From the NCBI GenBank assembly GCA_029338875.1, contig JAQYBF010000051.1, forward strand, positions 15,292-79,291: a stretch of 64,000 nucleotides of DNA, written 5' to 3'. Source of the DNA: Lachnospiraceae bacterium. GTDB lineage: Bacteria > Bacillota > Clostridia > Lachnospirales > Lachnospiraceae. This document shows positions 29,219-38,652 of this stretch, piece after piece (the first letter of the stretch is position 1; each line of letters begins with the position of its first letter). The notes under the pieces were generated by a model. That model saw nothing but the letters and a program-made list of their open reading frames with translations, was not told the origin of the DNA and searched no databases. A program made the translations under genes and the position numbers.

Positions 29219-30348
29219 ATCAGAATACAGGAACAGAACAGAGCCGGGACAAGGTCATTGTCAGGACCTCCATCATCGGCATCCTGACCAATGCCGGTCT
29301 GGCTGCCTTCAAGGCCTTTATCGGCCTTCTGACCCATTCGGTCGCCATTACCATGGATGCTGTCAACAACCTGTCCGATGCAGGTTCTTCTCTGATTACC
29401 ATTGTCGGAACCAAGCTGGCCGGAAAGCAGGCGGACAAGAAGCATCCCTTCGGCTACGGCCGGATTGAATACCTGTCTGCCATGGTGATTTCCCTGATCG
29501 TTCTCTACGCAGGTGTCACTTCTCTCCAGGAGTCGGTCAAGTCCATTCTTCATCCGGCAAAGCCCTCCTATACAGCCATCTCTCTTGTCATCGTGGCAGC
29601 AGCTGTCCTGGTGAAGATTATCCTGGGAAGCTTTGTCAAGAAGACCGGTGAGAAAGTCAATTCGGATTCCCTGGTCAATTCCGGCAAGGATGCTCTTCTG
29701 GACTCGGTCATCTCGGCGTCCACCCTTGTGGCCGCACTGGTCTACATTTTATCCGGACTCTCTCTGGAGGCCTGGCTCGGCGCCCTGATTTCCATTGTCA
29801 TCATTAAGTCCGGCATCGACATGCTCCGTGAGACCCTGTCCCAGATCCTGGGTGAAAATGCAGACCTCTCTCTGATTCGAAAGATCAAGAAGGATGTCCT
29901 TGCCTTCCCGGAGGTCCGCGGAGTCTATGATCTGGTTCTCAATAACTACGGACCGGACAAATTCAACGGATCTGTCCATATCGAGGTCGCCGATACCATG
30001 GATGCCAACGAGCTGGATGAGCTGATCCGCCAGATCCAGTACAAGGTTTACAATGATGACCATGTCATTCTGACGGCGGTCGGCGTCTATGCCATGAATA
30101 CCCATGAGAATCGAGCGGCAGAGGTGGAACGCGCCGTTCGAAGCGCCTTAAAGGACATGCCTGGCGTTCACCAGATCCACGGCTTTTATCTCAATGAGGA
30201 AAAGAAGACCATCCGATTCGATATCGTGATCTCCTTCTCTGTGGGAGACCGGCTCACGGCCTTCCAGAACTGTATTGCAAAGATCCAGAAGATGTATCCG
30301 GATTATCAGATCCAGTCAGCCATGGATACGGAGCTGGATGCGGAGTGA
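29215..30348 (+). CDS. Cation diffusion facilitator family transporter
   Basis: Motifs DAVNNLSD, HPFGYGRIEY and D...D; six TM helices plus cytosolic dimerisation domains. Confidence 0.9.
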   Translation: MNQNTGTEQSRDKVIVRTSIIGILTNAGLAAFKAFIGLLTHSVAITMDAVNNLSDAGSSLITIVGTKLAGKQADKKHPFGYGRIEYLSAMVISLIVLYAGVTSLQESVKSILHPAKPSYTAISLVIVAAAVLVKIILGSFVKKTGEKVNSDSLVNSGKDALLDSVISASTLVAALVYILSGLSLEAWLGALISIVIIKSGIDMLRETLSQILGENADLSLIRKIKKDVLAFPEVRGVYDLVLNNYGPDKFNGSVHIEVADTMDANELDELIRQIQYKVYNDDHVILTAVGVYAMNTHENRAAEVERAVRSALKDMPGVHQIHGFYLNEEKKTIRFDIVISFSVGDRLTAFQNCIAKIQKMYPDYQIQSAMDTELDAE

Positions 30349-30457
30349 GATTGTCCGCTGAATGGATCAAGGATGTCAGAAAAATGAAAATGCGGCCGGC
30401 AATCGGATGAATTCGGCTGCATTAAAATTAGATATCAATATAAAGGAGAAAATTTCC

Positions 30458-30694
30458 ATGAAAAGCAATCTGATCAAGGATACCACCATGCAGGAGCGGA
30501 TCGAGCTGATCCGCAAGTGGGAGGAGACCGGCGGATGTGAATCCAGCGGCATCGATCTTATGGATTTCTATGATGACTATATCCGGGGAGAGCGGGAGAT
30601 CGCAGAAATAAACGCCGCCTTCACGACCAAGTACATCTCGGATATCCCCGAGGACGAGGGCAAGGGCTGCGCTATGGGCATTCCTCTGCGCTGA
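30458..30694 (+). CDS. Small hypothetical protein (78 aa)
   Basis: ATG after AAGGAG; sequence LIKDTT..ER..YDDYIRG..EI.EIN; 3' end overlaps the convergent trmO. Confidence 0.65.
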   Translation: MKSNLIKDTTMQERIELIRKWEETGGCESSGIDLMDFYDDYIRGEREIAEINAAFTTKYISDIPEDEGKGCAMGIPLR

Positions 30695-31484
30695 CAATAT
30701 GAAGAGTGCCGTCCTCCACGCGAAAATGAACATTGAAGCCTTCGTATTTCATGCCGTAGATTCTGGCAGGGTCATGCTGGTAGGAAGGCCTGGGATCCTC
30801 GGAGAGGACGCTTTTTAATTCAGGAAGGATTTTCCGGAAAGTCTGGGCAGGAGATTCGTCAGGGCTTTCCTGAACGGAAGCTTTAGAAGCCTCTTTCAAG
30901 GAATTCTGACCGTAGGAAATGGATGCGGCTTCCGAATCATCCAGGCTTTCCCAGAGACTGTCATCCACGACCACCTGCAGGCGGTAGCTGCCGCCGGAAT
31001 AGGAGTCGGTGAAGCCGCCGCGGGTATTTTCGTGAGCATCCGCATAGGGAATATAGGGCTTGATATCGTAGATGGGCGTGCCGTCCATGAGATCGGCCCC
31101 TTCGACGGTGATGACCGGAGCATCTTCTCCTGTGAGATCAATGGATAAAATGCGGACCGAGGACAGACCGAGGCCGTTAGGCCGGAAGGGAGACCTTGTC
31201 GCGAAGACGCCCATCCGGGTATTGCCTCCCAGGCGGGGCGGCCGGACGGTGGGCTGGAAGGTGCTTTCCCTCCGATTGGCGGAAAAGCCCCAGATCAGCC
31301 AGAGATAATCGAAGCCTTCCATACCGCGGACACTGTCCACGGAACGGAAGTCCGGCAGGAAATGGATTTCGGCCCTGTTTTCAGCCAGTCCGCTCTGTCT
31401 TGGGATGCCGAATTTCTCCGGAAAGGGAGAATGAATATGGGCAATGGGCCGGATTTCGATATAGTTATCACGATCATCAGTCAT
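30672..31484 (-). CDS. trmO: tRNA (N6-threonylcarbamoyladenosine(37)-N6)-methyltransferase
   Basis: Motifs FPEKFGIPRQ, TVRPPRLGG, GVFATRSPFRPN, DGTPIYDIKPY and DPRP. Confidence 0.93.
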   Translation of the reverse strand: MTDDRDNYIEIRPIAHIHSPFPEKFGIPRQSGLAENRAEIHFLPDFRSVDSVRGMEGFDYLWLIWGFSANRRESTFQPTVRPPRLGGNTRMGVFATRSPFRPNGLGLSSVRILSIDLTGEDAPVITVEGADLMDGTPIYDIKPYIPYADAHENTRGGFTDSYSGGSYRLQVVVDDSLWESLDDSEAASISYGQNSLKEASKASVQESPDESPAQTFRKILPELKSVLSEDPRPSYQHDPARIYGMKYEGFNVHFRVEDGTLHIVSAEECP

Positions 31485-31603
31485 GAAGGATCTCCTTTGA
31501 ATCTTACTGTCTGAGTCCTATTGTATCATTTCTTGTGCAATTTTAACAAAATTATCCCCTGAAATTCTACTTGCGAAAATTTACGAAAATCTTAAAATAC
31601 GAG

Positions 31604-31696
31604 ACATGGGAACCAAAATTTAATTGGGGGTTTCTCATCAGAAAGATGCGAGAGGCACGGCCGAGGTTACGGGTGGTCATGCCCGCATCTTTTTTT
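31604..31696 (+). ncRNA. Candidate small RNA (two hairpins, U-tail) between trmO and pta
   Basis: Upstream TTGCGA-16-TAAAAT, a 5' hairpin, then AAAGATGCG..GGCA..TGCC-CGCATCTTT and a T-run; no ORF with an RBS. Confidence 0.35.
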
Positions 31697-31909
31697 GATT
31701 TTTATTATTTTGATTTTTATTAGAAGATCTGTGATCCTCCTGTTCATCCGCCCTCATCCGGCCGGGCCTGGATGTCTTTTCCGCGGTACATACCCGGCTG
31801 CCCTTGTTTTCTTTTGGCCTGATGTTAAAATATTGTATTGGGTAAAAAGAAAATGCCGCGGGCATTTTCGGGGAATCCAATATTAAAAATATAGAAAGAG
31901 GAAAAAAAC

Positions 31910-32899
31910 ATGTCAGAATTTGGTTTTGGCGCAATGATTGAAAAATTAAAGAAGAGCCCGAAGACCATCGTCTTCACAGAGGGTACCGATGAGCGTATCC
32001 TTGAGGCTGCTTCCCGTCTTCTCGCTGCCAACTTCCTGAAGCCGATCCTGATCGGCAATGTGGACGAAGTCAATGCAGCAGCAGAAAAGAGCGGCTATAA
32101 TATCCGCGGAGCTCAGATTATCGATCCCTTAAACTATGAACGTATGGACGAGATGGTAGATCTCTTCTGCGAGCTTCGTAAGAAGAAGGGTGTTACTCCG
32201 GATCAGGCCAGAGAGACCCTGAAGGCTGCCAACTATTTCGGCACCATGCTGGTTAAGATGGGTGTTGCAGATGCCCTCCTCGGCGGCGCTACCTATTCCA
32301 CAGCAGACACCGTTCGTCCGGCTCTTCAGCTGATCAAGACCAAGCCCGGCAACAATATCGTATCCTCCTGCTTCATTATGGTTCGTCCTTCCGCAACCGG
32401 TGACAACGAAGTCCTGGCTATGGGTGACTGCGCCATCAATATCAAGCCGTCCGAGGATGACCTGGTAGAGATCTGCGGCGAGATGGCTCAGTGTGCCAAG
32501 ATCTTTGGTGTTGACCCCAAGGTTGCTTTCTTAAGCTACTCCACCTTAGGCTCCGGCAAGGGCGAGGATGTCGATAAGGTCCGCAATGCCTGCGCCAAAG
32601 CCAAGGCTAAGTTTCCGGATCTTCCGATCGACGGCGAGCTTCAGTTTGATGCCGCTGTATCTCCGAGAGTCGCACAGACCAAGTGCCCGGGCTCCCAGGT
32701 TGCAGGACACGCCAACACCTTCGTATTCCCTGACATCAATGCCGGAAATATCGGCTATAAGATCGCTCAGCGTCTTGGCAACTTCGATGCCTACGGCCCG
32801 ATTCTTCTTGGCCTGAACGCTCCGATCAATGATCTGTCCCGTGGCTGCAACGCTCTGGAGGTTTACTCCATGGCCATCATCACAGCTGCTCTGGCATAA
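31910..32899 (+). CDS. pta: Phosphate acetyltransferase
   Basis: Motifs IVFTEG.DERI, GDCAIN, LSYST.GSG, DGELQFDAA, GNIGYK and DLSRG. Confidence 0.96.
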   Translation: MSEFGFGAMIEKLKKSPKTIVFTEGTDERILEAASRLLAANFLKPILIGNVDEVNAAAEKSGYNIRGAQIIDPLNYERMDEMVDLFCELRKKKGVTPDQARETLKAANYFGTMLVKMGVADALLGGATYSTADTVRPALQLIKTKPGNNIVSSCFIMVRPSATGDNEVLAMGDCAINIKPSEDDLVEICGEMAQCAKIFGVDPKVAFLSYSTLGSGKGEDVDKVRNACAKAKAKFPDLPIDGELQFDAAVSPRVAQTKCPGSQVAGHANTFVFPDINAGNIGYKIAQRLGNFDAYGPILLGLNAPINDLSRGCNALEVYSMAIITAALA

Positions 32900-32943
32900 A
32901 TTTAAACCAAAAAGAAATATCTGGAAGCAGATCGATTTTAGGG

Positions 32944-32990
32944 AGGACTGCTGCAGGTTCATGAAATTCGGACGCTGCAGCGGTCCTTTC
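32944..32990 (+). terminator. Terminator-like hairpin after pta
   Basis: AGGACTGCTGCAG ... CTGCAGCGGTCCT-TTC. Confidence 0.55.
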
Positions 32991-33100
32991 TCATTTTCTG
33001 AAGGATGAACAGAAAGACAGAAGGAAAAAGCAGTCTGTAGGACAAGTCCGAAAGACAGAGCTGTTAGACATATCCCGGAGGGGATGGAAAGGAGAAAATC

Positions 33101-34249
33101 ATGACCGGCCTTGCAATTACAATCATCCTTTTAACCATACTGGCCTTCCTGGCGATTACTTTTATCATAGCCATGGCAGTCCAGCGGCAGACCTTCCGGA
33201 CCATTCAGATCGAGAAATACTCCAGCCTCAAGCATTACAGCGACTACAAGGACCGCTATGCCAGAAGGACTGTCCGTTTTCCGTCCGGGAAGAATCAGCT
33301 GACCGGAGCTGTCTATACGCCGAAAGGAGGCCTGGACAGAGCCCGCGGTCTGATTGTCTTCGCTCATGGCATCTGGTCCGGTCCCGAGGAATATCTGATG
33401 CTGATCCTCTGGCTCGTCGACCGGGGCTATGCCGTCTTCACCTACAATGCCACCTCCTATAACGGCTCTGAGGGATCCTGGGCCCGCGGCCTCTATCAGT
33501 CGCCCCTGGATCTGAATGCAGCCCTGACCTTTATTTCAAAGGAGAGGAAGCTGTCAAAGCTGTCCCGCTATCTCATCGGCCATTCCTGGGGAGGCTTCGC
33601 CGTGACCGCGGTACTGAATTTCTGCCCCGAGGTCAGGGGAGTCATCTCCCTGTCCGGCTTTGATCAGCCCATAAAGATGACCATGGCCGTGGCCCATAAG
33701 ATGTTCGGCGGAATCGCCGGTATTTTCCATCTGCCTCTGGTCATTATCAATCGCTGTATTTTCGGAAAAAATGTAAAGCTTTCCGCAGTCAGCGGGATCA
33801 ACCGGACCCAGGCCCCGGTTCTTCTGGTCCATGGAAAGGAAGATGACTTCATAGGCTTTGATACGACATCGATCATTTCCCAGAAGGATCGGATCAGCAA
33901 TCCGAATCTTAAGACCATTACCCTGGATGAGCCTGGTTACTGCGGCCATAATTCCTATTTCCTTTCCAAGGAATCGGAAGCCTATGCGGAAGAGATCAAC
34001 AATAAATTCGAAGAGGAAGAAAAGAAAATTACGAAAAAGAGCCTGAAGGAAGCAGCCCGGGCTTCTGGAATGAAAAGCGGAAGAATCACGAAGAAAAAGG
34101 TTCAGGAGGCCAAACAGGCTTTCCGAAAGAGCTATTATCAGAGCATCGACCGGGAAAAGACCAATCTTCCCAATGACGAGCTTTATGAAAAGCTCTATGA
34201 TTTCCTGAAAAACTGCGAAAATAAGGAGACAGAATCTTGTCAAGAATAA
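33101..34249 (+). CDS. Membrane-anchored alpha/beta hydrolase
   Basis: N-terminal TM helix, AHG, GHSWG nucleophile elbow, HGKEDD and GH. Confidence 0.85.
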   Translation: MTGLAITIILLTILAFLAITFIIAMAVQRQTFRTIQIEKYSSLKHYSDYKDRYARRTVRFPSGKNQLTGAVYTPKGGLDRARGLIVFAHGIWSGPEEYLMLILWLVDRGYAVFTYNATSYNGSEGSWARGLYQSPLDLNAALTFISKERKLSKLSRYLIGHSWGGFAVTAVLNFCPEVRGVISLSGFDQPIKMTMAVAHKMFGGIAGIFHLPLVIINRCIFGKNVKLSAVSGINRTQAPVLLVHGKEDDFIGFDTTSIISQKDRISNPNLKTITLDEPGYCGHNSYFLSKESEAYAEEINNKFEEEEKKITKKSLKEAARASGMKSGRITKKKVQEAKQAFRKSYYQSIDREKTNLPNDELYEKLYDFLKNCENKETESCQE

Positions 34250-36027
34250 ATAAGAAATGGACCATCCGCCGCCACGGAGAGGATTATCAGGCCATCGGCC
34301 GGGAGCTCGGCGTCAATCCCCTCCTGGTCTGGATGATGCTGAACCGGGGAATCCCCAGGGAAGAGATGGAGTCCTATCTCCATCCGAAGAGAAGCGATCT
34401 CAGCGATCCCCACACTCTTTTAGATGGTGACAAAGCGGCGGACATCCTCTGTCATGCCATGGAAAACCATCAGAAGATCAGGATCATGGGAGACTATGAT
34501 ATCGACGGTATCATGTCGACCTATATTCTTCATAGCGGCCTTCAATCTCTGGGAGCCGACTGCGACTATCAGATTCCCCACCGCGTCCGGGACGGCTACG
34601 GCCTCAATCCCCGTCTGGTGGAAGAAGCGGCGGAGGAGGGCCGGCAGGTTCTCGTGACCTGCGACAACGGAATCTCCTCCTTTGACGCCATCCGCTCGGC
34701 CAAGGAGAAGGGGATGACGGTCATTGTAACCGACCACCATGCCATTGCAGCGGACGATCATGGAGAGGATAAGCTCCCTCCTGCCGATGCCCTGGTCAAT
34801 CCCCACAGGAAGGACGATCCGACCCCCTATAAGGAAATCTGCGGGGCAGTCGTCGCCTGGAAATTTCTGGATCTGGTCTATGAAAAGTCCGGCAGAGCAT
34901 CCGCCTCTGAGGAATGGTGGAAATTTCTCCCCTTTGCAGCCATTGCCACGGTCGGGGATGTCATGCCCCTCAGAGAGGAAAACCGGGCCATTGTAAAGCT
35001 TGGCCTGTCCGCTATGCAGGATTTCGACAATATCGGTCTCAATGCTCTGATCGAAGAGAAACAGCTGGATAAAAGGCATATGACAGCCTTCCAGATCGGC
35101 TTTGTCCTGGGTCCCTGCCTCAATGCGGCCGGCCGGCTGGAATCGGCTCTGCAGGGTGTAGAGCTTCTGGAGTGTCAGGACCGTGCCCGGGCGGCAGAGA
35201 TTGCAGGACACCTGGCTGATCTGAACGAAAAGCGGAAGAAGGAGACCGAGCACGGAGTCGATGAGGCGGAATTCCTCCTGAAGGAAAAGGGCTGGGACAA
35301 GGACCGGGTTCTGGTCATCTACGAGCCCGATGTGCCGGAATCGGTCGTCGGCATTGTGGCCGGCCGGATTCGTGAGCGGACCAACAAGCCGACCATCGTT
35401 CTGACGGACGGACAGGATGAGGTCAAGGGCTCGGCCCGTTCCATCGAGGCCTACCACATGTACAATTCCCTCTTCGAGGTCTCGGATCTTCTGGACAAGT
35501 TCGGCGGCCATCCCATGGCGGCCGGCATGTCTCTCCCCAGAGGAAATGTAGACCGCTTCCGTAAAGCCCTGAACGACAATTGTAAACTGACGGATGAGGA
35601 TCTGACCCAGAATCTGAAGATCGATGCGGATATGACCTTCTTTTATCTCTTAAAGCACCCGGAGCTGGTCGGAGAGCTGGATCTTCTCGAACCCTTCGGG
35701 AACGGAAACGAGAAGCCGGTCTTTGCCGAAAGCCATACCCGTGTCCTTAAAATGCGGACCATAGGAAAGGAAGGCCAGTACCTGAAGTTCACCCTCCAGG
35801 GAAAGAACCAGGCCAAGATTGAAGCCCTGTATTTCGGAGATGGTGCGGAAATGAAAAAGGATCTGACTGAGGCCTTCGGGGAAGACCAGGTTGAAGCCGC
35901 CATGTGGGGACGGACCAACCGTCTCTGTCTGACGGTCGCCTATTATCCGACCATCAATTCCTTCCGGGGCACCGAGTCGGTGGAAGTCATTATTTCCGAC
36001 TATCTGATTCCCAGGGATGCACGATAA
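34237..36027 (+). CDS. recJ: Single-stranded-DNA-specific exonuclease
   Basis: Motifs GDYDIDG, TCDNG, TDHH, LNAAGRL, KGSARS, FGGHPMAAG and LEPFGNGN; TTG start. Confidence 0.96.
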   Translation: MSRINKKWTIRRHGEDYQAIGRELGVNPLLVWMMLNRGIPREEMESYLHPKRSDLSDPHTLLDGDKAADILCHAMENHQKIRIMGDYDIDGIMSTYILHSGLQSLGADCDYQIPHRVRDGYGLNPRLVEEAAEEGRQVLVTCDNGISSFDAIRSAKEKGMTVIVTDHHAIAADDHGEDKLPPADALVNPHRKDDPTPYKEICGAVVAWKFLDLVYEKSGRASASEEWWKFLPFAAIATVGDVMPLREENRAIVKLGLSAMQDFDNIGLNALIEEKQLDKRHMTAFQIGFVLGPCLNAAGRLESALQGVELLECQDRARAAEIAGHLADLNEKRKKETEHGVDEAEFLLKEKGWDKDRVLVIYEPDVPESVVGIVAGRIRERTNKPTIVLTDGQDEVKGSARSIEAYHMYNSLFEVSDLLDKFGGHPMAAGMSLPRGNVDRFRKALNDNCKLTDEDLTQNLKIDADMTFFYLLKHPELVGELDLLEPFGNGNEKPVFAESHTRVLKMRTIGKEGQYLKFTLQGKNQAKIEALYFGDGAEMKKDLTEAFGEDQVEAAMWGRTNRLCLTVAYYPTINSFRGTESVEVIISDYLIPRDAR

Positions 36028-36253
36028 TCTGACAGGCTTTATTCAAAAGCTGCAGAAAGAGCCGGCACATGAAGGAAGCTTCTCTTTCTTCGGTCTGATG
36101 CAGACTGCGGGGCAGAGAAAATATGCAGAAAATTCATAAAAAAGATTATCGTAGCGAATGTCTTACTTGCAATACAGATGAAATAGTCTAAAATATAAAG
36201 AAACCGAAAACAGACTTTCGTTTTCGTGCTCTACTAAAGGGGGTATTTATACA

Positions 36254-37204
36254 ATGTGTGTGAAAGAGGAATATTATTTTGAATCCATGGATGATGTCAA
36301 AACCAGGATTCATGGGGTGAAATGGACACCGACAGACGGAAAGGTCAGGGGAGTCCTTCAGATCTGTCATGGCATGCAGGAATATGTCGAGCGCTATCAG
36401 GAGCTGGCGGAGTTTATGACAGCGCATGGCTTTGCCGTTGTCGGTCATGATCATATCGGCCACGGAAAGACAGCCAGGGATGAGAGTGAGCTTGGCATCA
36501 TGCACAGCAGTCATCCGGCAGAAACCATGGTAGAGGATACCTTCCGGAATTTTCAGATCAACCGGGAGCAGTTCCCCAATCTCCCCTATTTCATTCTCGG
36601 ACATTCCATGGGATCCTATATTCTCCGTATGATGCTTTCCATGAAGCATGAGGATTTAAATGGTCTGACTGGTGCCATCATCATGGGTACCGGAACCGAG
36701 AAGGACAGCGCTATCAAGGCCGGCCGTTTTATCGTAAACCTGGTCGGCGGAATCCACGGCTGGAATTACAAGAGCAAATTCGTTGCCGGACTTATGTTCG
36801 GAAAGCCCTACAAGGGATACAATCTTGATGGTACGGAGCCGGAGAAGAGCTGGCTTTCCAAGAATGTGGAGAACGTCAAGGCCTATTACAAGAATCCCTT
36901 TGATAACTATGCCTTTTCTGTCAATGGCTACCGCCTGCTCCTGACAGCAACCGCCTTTGACAATCAGATGGAAAATATCCGGAAGATTCCGAAGACCCTT
37001 CCCATCTTCTTTATGTCCGGAGCCCTGGATCCGGTCGGAAATCTGGGCGAAGGTGTCAAGGAAGCCGCCCGCCGTTTTCGCGAGGCCGGCATTCATGATG
37101 TCTCCATGAAACTTTATGAAAATGACCGCCACGAGATCTTAAACGAAACCGACCGAGACAAGGTCAGGGAGGACCTGCTTGGCTGGTTCGAAGAGCATAT
37201 GTGA
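36254..37204 (+). CDS. Alpha/beta hydrolase, lysophospholipase-like
   Basis: Motifs HGMQE...RY, DHIGHG, GHSMGS, DPVG and RHEILNE. Confidence 0.88.
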   Translation: MCVKEEYYFESMDDVKTRIHGVKWTPTDGKVRGVLQICHGMQEYVERYQELAEFMTAHGFAVVGHDHIGHGKTARDESELGIMHSSHPAETMVEDTFRNFQINREQFPNLPYFILGHSMGSYILRMMLSMKHEDLNGLTGAIIMGTGTEKDSAIKAGRFIVNLVGGIHGWNYKSKFVAGLMFGKPYKGYNLDGTEPEKSWLSKNVENVKAYYKNPFDNYAFSVNGYRLLLTATAFDNQMENIRKIPKTLPIFFMSGALDPVGNLGEGVKEAARRFREAGIHDVSMKLYENDRHEILNETDRDKVREDLLGWFEEHM

Positions 37205-37280
37205 GAAAATTCTTTGATTGCCCGGGAGGATTTTAAAAGGAATCCTTCCGGCAGAATCTGTATATGTCTGTAAAATTTAC

Positions 37281-37329
37281 GGCCGCATCTCCTGCCCCAA
37301 ACCCGGGCAGAGGATGCGGCCATTTTTTT
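37281..37329 (+). terminator. Rho-independent terminator
   Basis: GGCCGCATCTCCTGCCC..GGGCAGAGGATGCGGCC-ATTTTTTT. Confidence 0.7.
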
Positions 37330-37400
37330 ATGATTTTATTTCAGATGCAAACGATGACGGCTGGCTTTAACTATCAGCTCTTTCGACTTTCAGTTCCTAT

Positions 37401-38444
37401 TCAGACCTTCCGACTGAGAAAACTCCAGATCTTCCGGAAGAAGACCAGGTCGCCCTGGATTTCCTCGACCTTCCGCCGGTTCTTCTCATTGAATCCGACC
37501 AGGATCTTATGATTGGCCTCGGCCAGATAGTCCATGATACCGTCGATATCGGTCTTGGTATTCTTGGGGCAGCGGATATAGCGCCGCTTTTCTCCGGTGA
37601 TGTACATGGTGTAGGAAATAGCGAAGTGATGCCAGAGAAATTTATGCAGGGTGGAATACTTATAGAGCCAGATGATCTTACGGATGGGCATGATGGCCAC
37701 ACCGTAATTTGAGGTCTCGATGAAATAGTGCTCGGTGATGAACATGTCATCGGTGGCCAGCTGGGGCAGAGTCGAGAGCTCTTCCTCGGCCTCGGCCAGC
37801 ATTTTCGCCGGATTGCCATAGACCGACAGCCTCCGGATGGGATGGGAGAGAACCGGAAAAGCCATGCAGAGGAGACAGTAGAGCATGGTCAGAATGCCAT
37901 AGATCAGGCCGAAAATCAGAAGTAACTTTAAGAGAATGGTGAGATTTCCGCTTCCGGCCGGTTCACTGATCATGTAATCCGAGAAGGCCTCTTCCATGCC
38001 GGCCTGGTTCCAGGACAGATCCCGGGCCAGATGACGAAGGAGAGAGGATTCATCGATGGAATTCTTACAGATTTCTGCAGAAATATGGACCTTTTTGATA
38101 TGGGACAGGCCCATTTCCGAGGTGGTCGGCTTCAGAAGAACGATGACACAGCGGTCTTCCATTACTGTGTAATAGTAGTAGCCTGTGGTCCGGCCGAAGG
38201 TGGACCGGGTATAGCCGGTGAAGTAGAGATCCTTAAAGGTGCCCTCGATATAGCGCTGATTTTTCTTGTAATAGCGGGTCGGATTGAAGTCCGAGTTCGT
38301 TTTTTTCGGACTCAGTAAGGAAAAAAGAGAAAAAATCATGGATAAAATCAGAATACCGGCAAGAAAAACTCCCGCAGCCGTGAGTTTTTTCGTATAATAG
38401 GCTCTGATACTTTTGGTGATATGATTTTCCAGATTGGTTGTCAT
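37401..38444 (-). CDS. Conserved membrane protein (DUF6709-like)
   Basis: Two TM segments; C-terminal IIWLY and ILVGFNE..R pattern. Confidence 0.7.
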   Translation of the reverse strand: MTTNLENHITKSIRAYYTKKLTAAGVFLAGILILSMIFSLFSLLSPKKTNSDFNPTRYYKKNQRYIEGTFKDLYFTGYTRSTFGRTTGYYYYTVMEDRCVIVLLKPTTSEMGLSHIKKVHISAEICKNSIDESSLLRHLARDLSWNQAGMEEAFSDYMISEPAGSGNLTILLKLLLIFGLIYGILTMLYCLLCMAFPVLSHPIRRLSVYGNPAKMLAEAEEELSTLPQLATDDMFITEHYFIETSNYGVAIMPIRKIIWLYKYSTLHKFLWHHFAISYTMYITGEKRRYIRCPKNTKTDIDGIMDYLAEANHKILVGFNEKNRRKVEEIQGDLVFFRKIWSFLSRKV

Positions 38445-38652
38445 TTTATATTGCCTCTGAATACAGGAGATTCCATGTCATCTGTGATGATAGTCAATTT
38501 GTGATATCAGCCAATTTCTGAAGAGTTTATAGCAGAAACGATATTCTCCTGTAGAAGTTCATTTTCTTTCGGAACATTATGGAACATAATAAAGTATAAG
38601 TTTTGATCAAGGCTTAGGCAAGGCAAACTGCCGGAATAGGAAGGATTTATCT

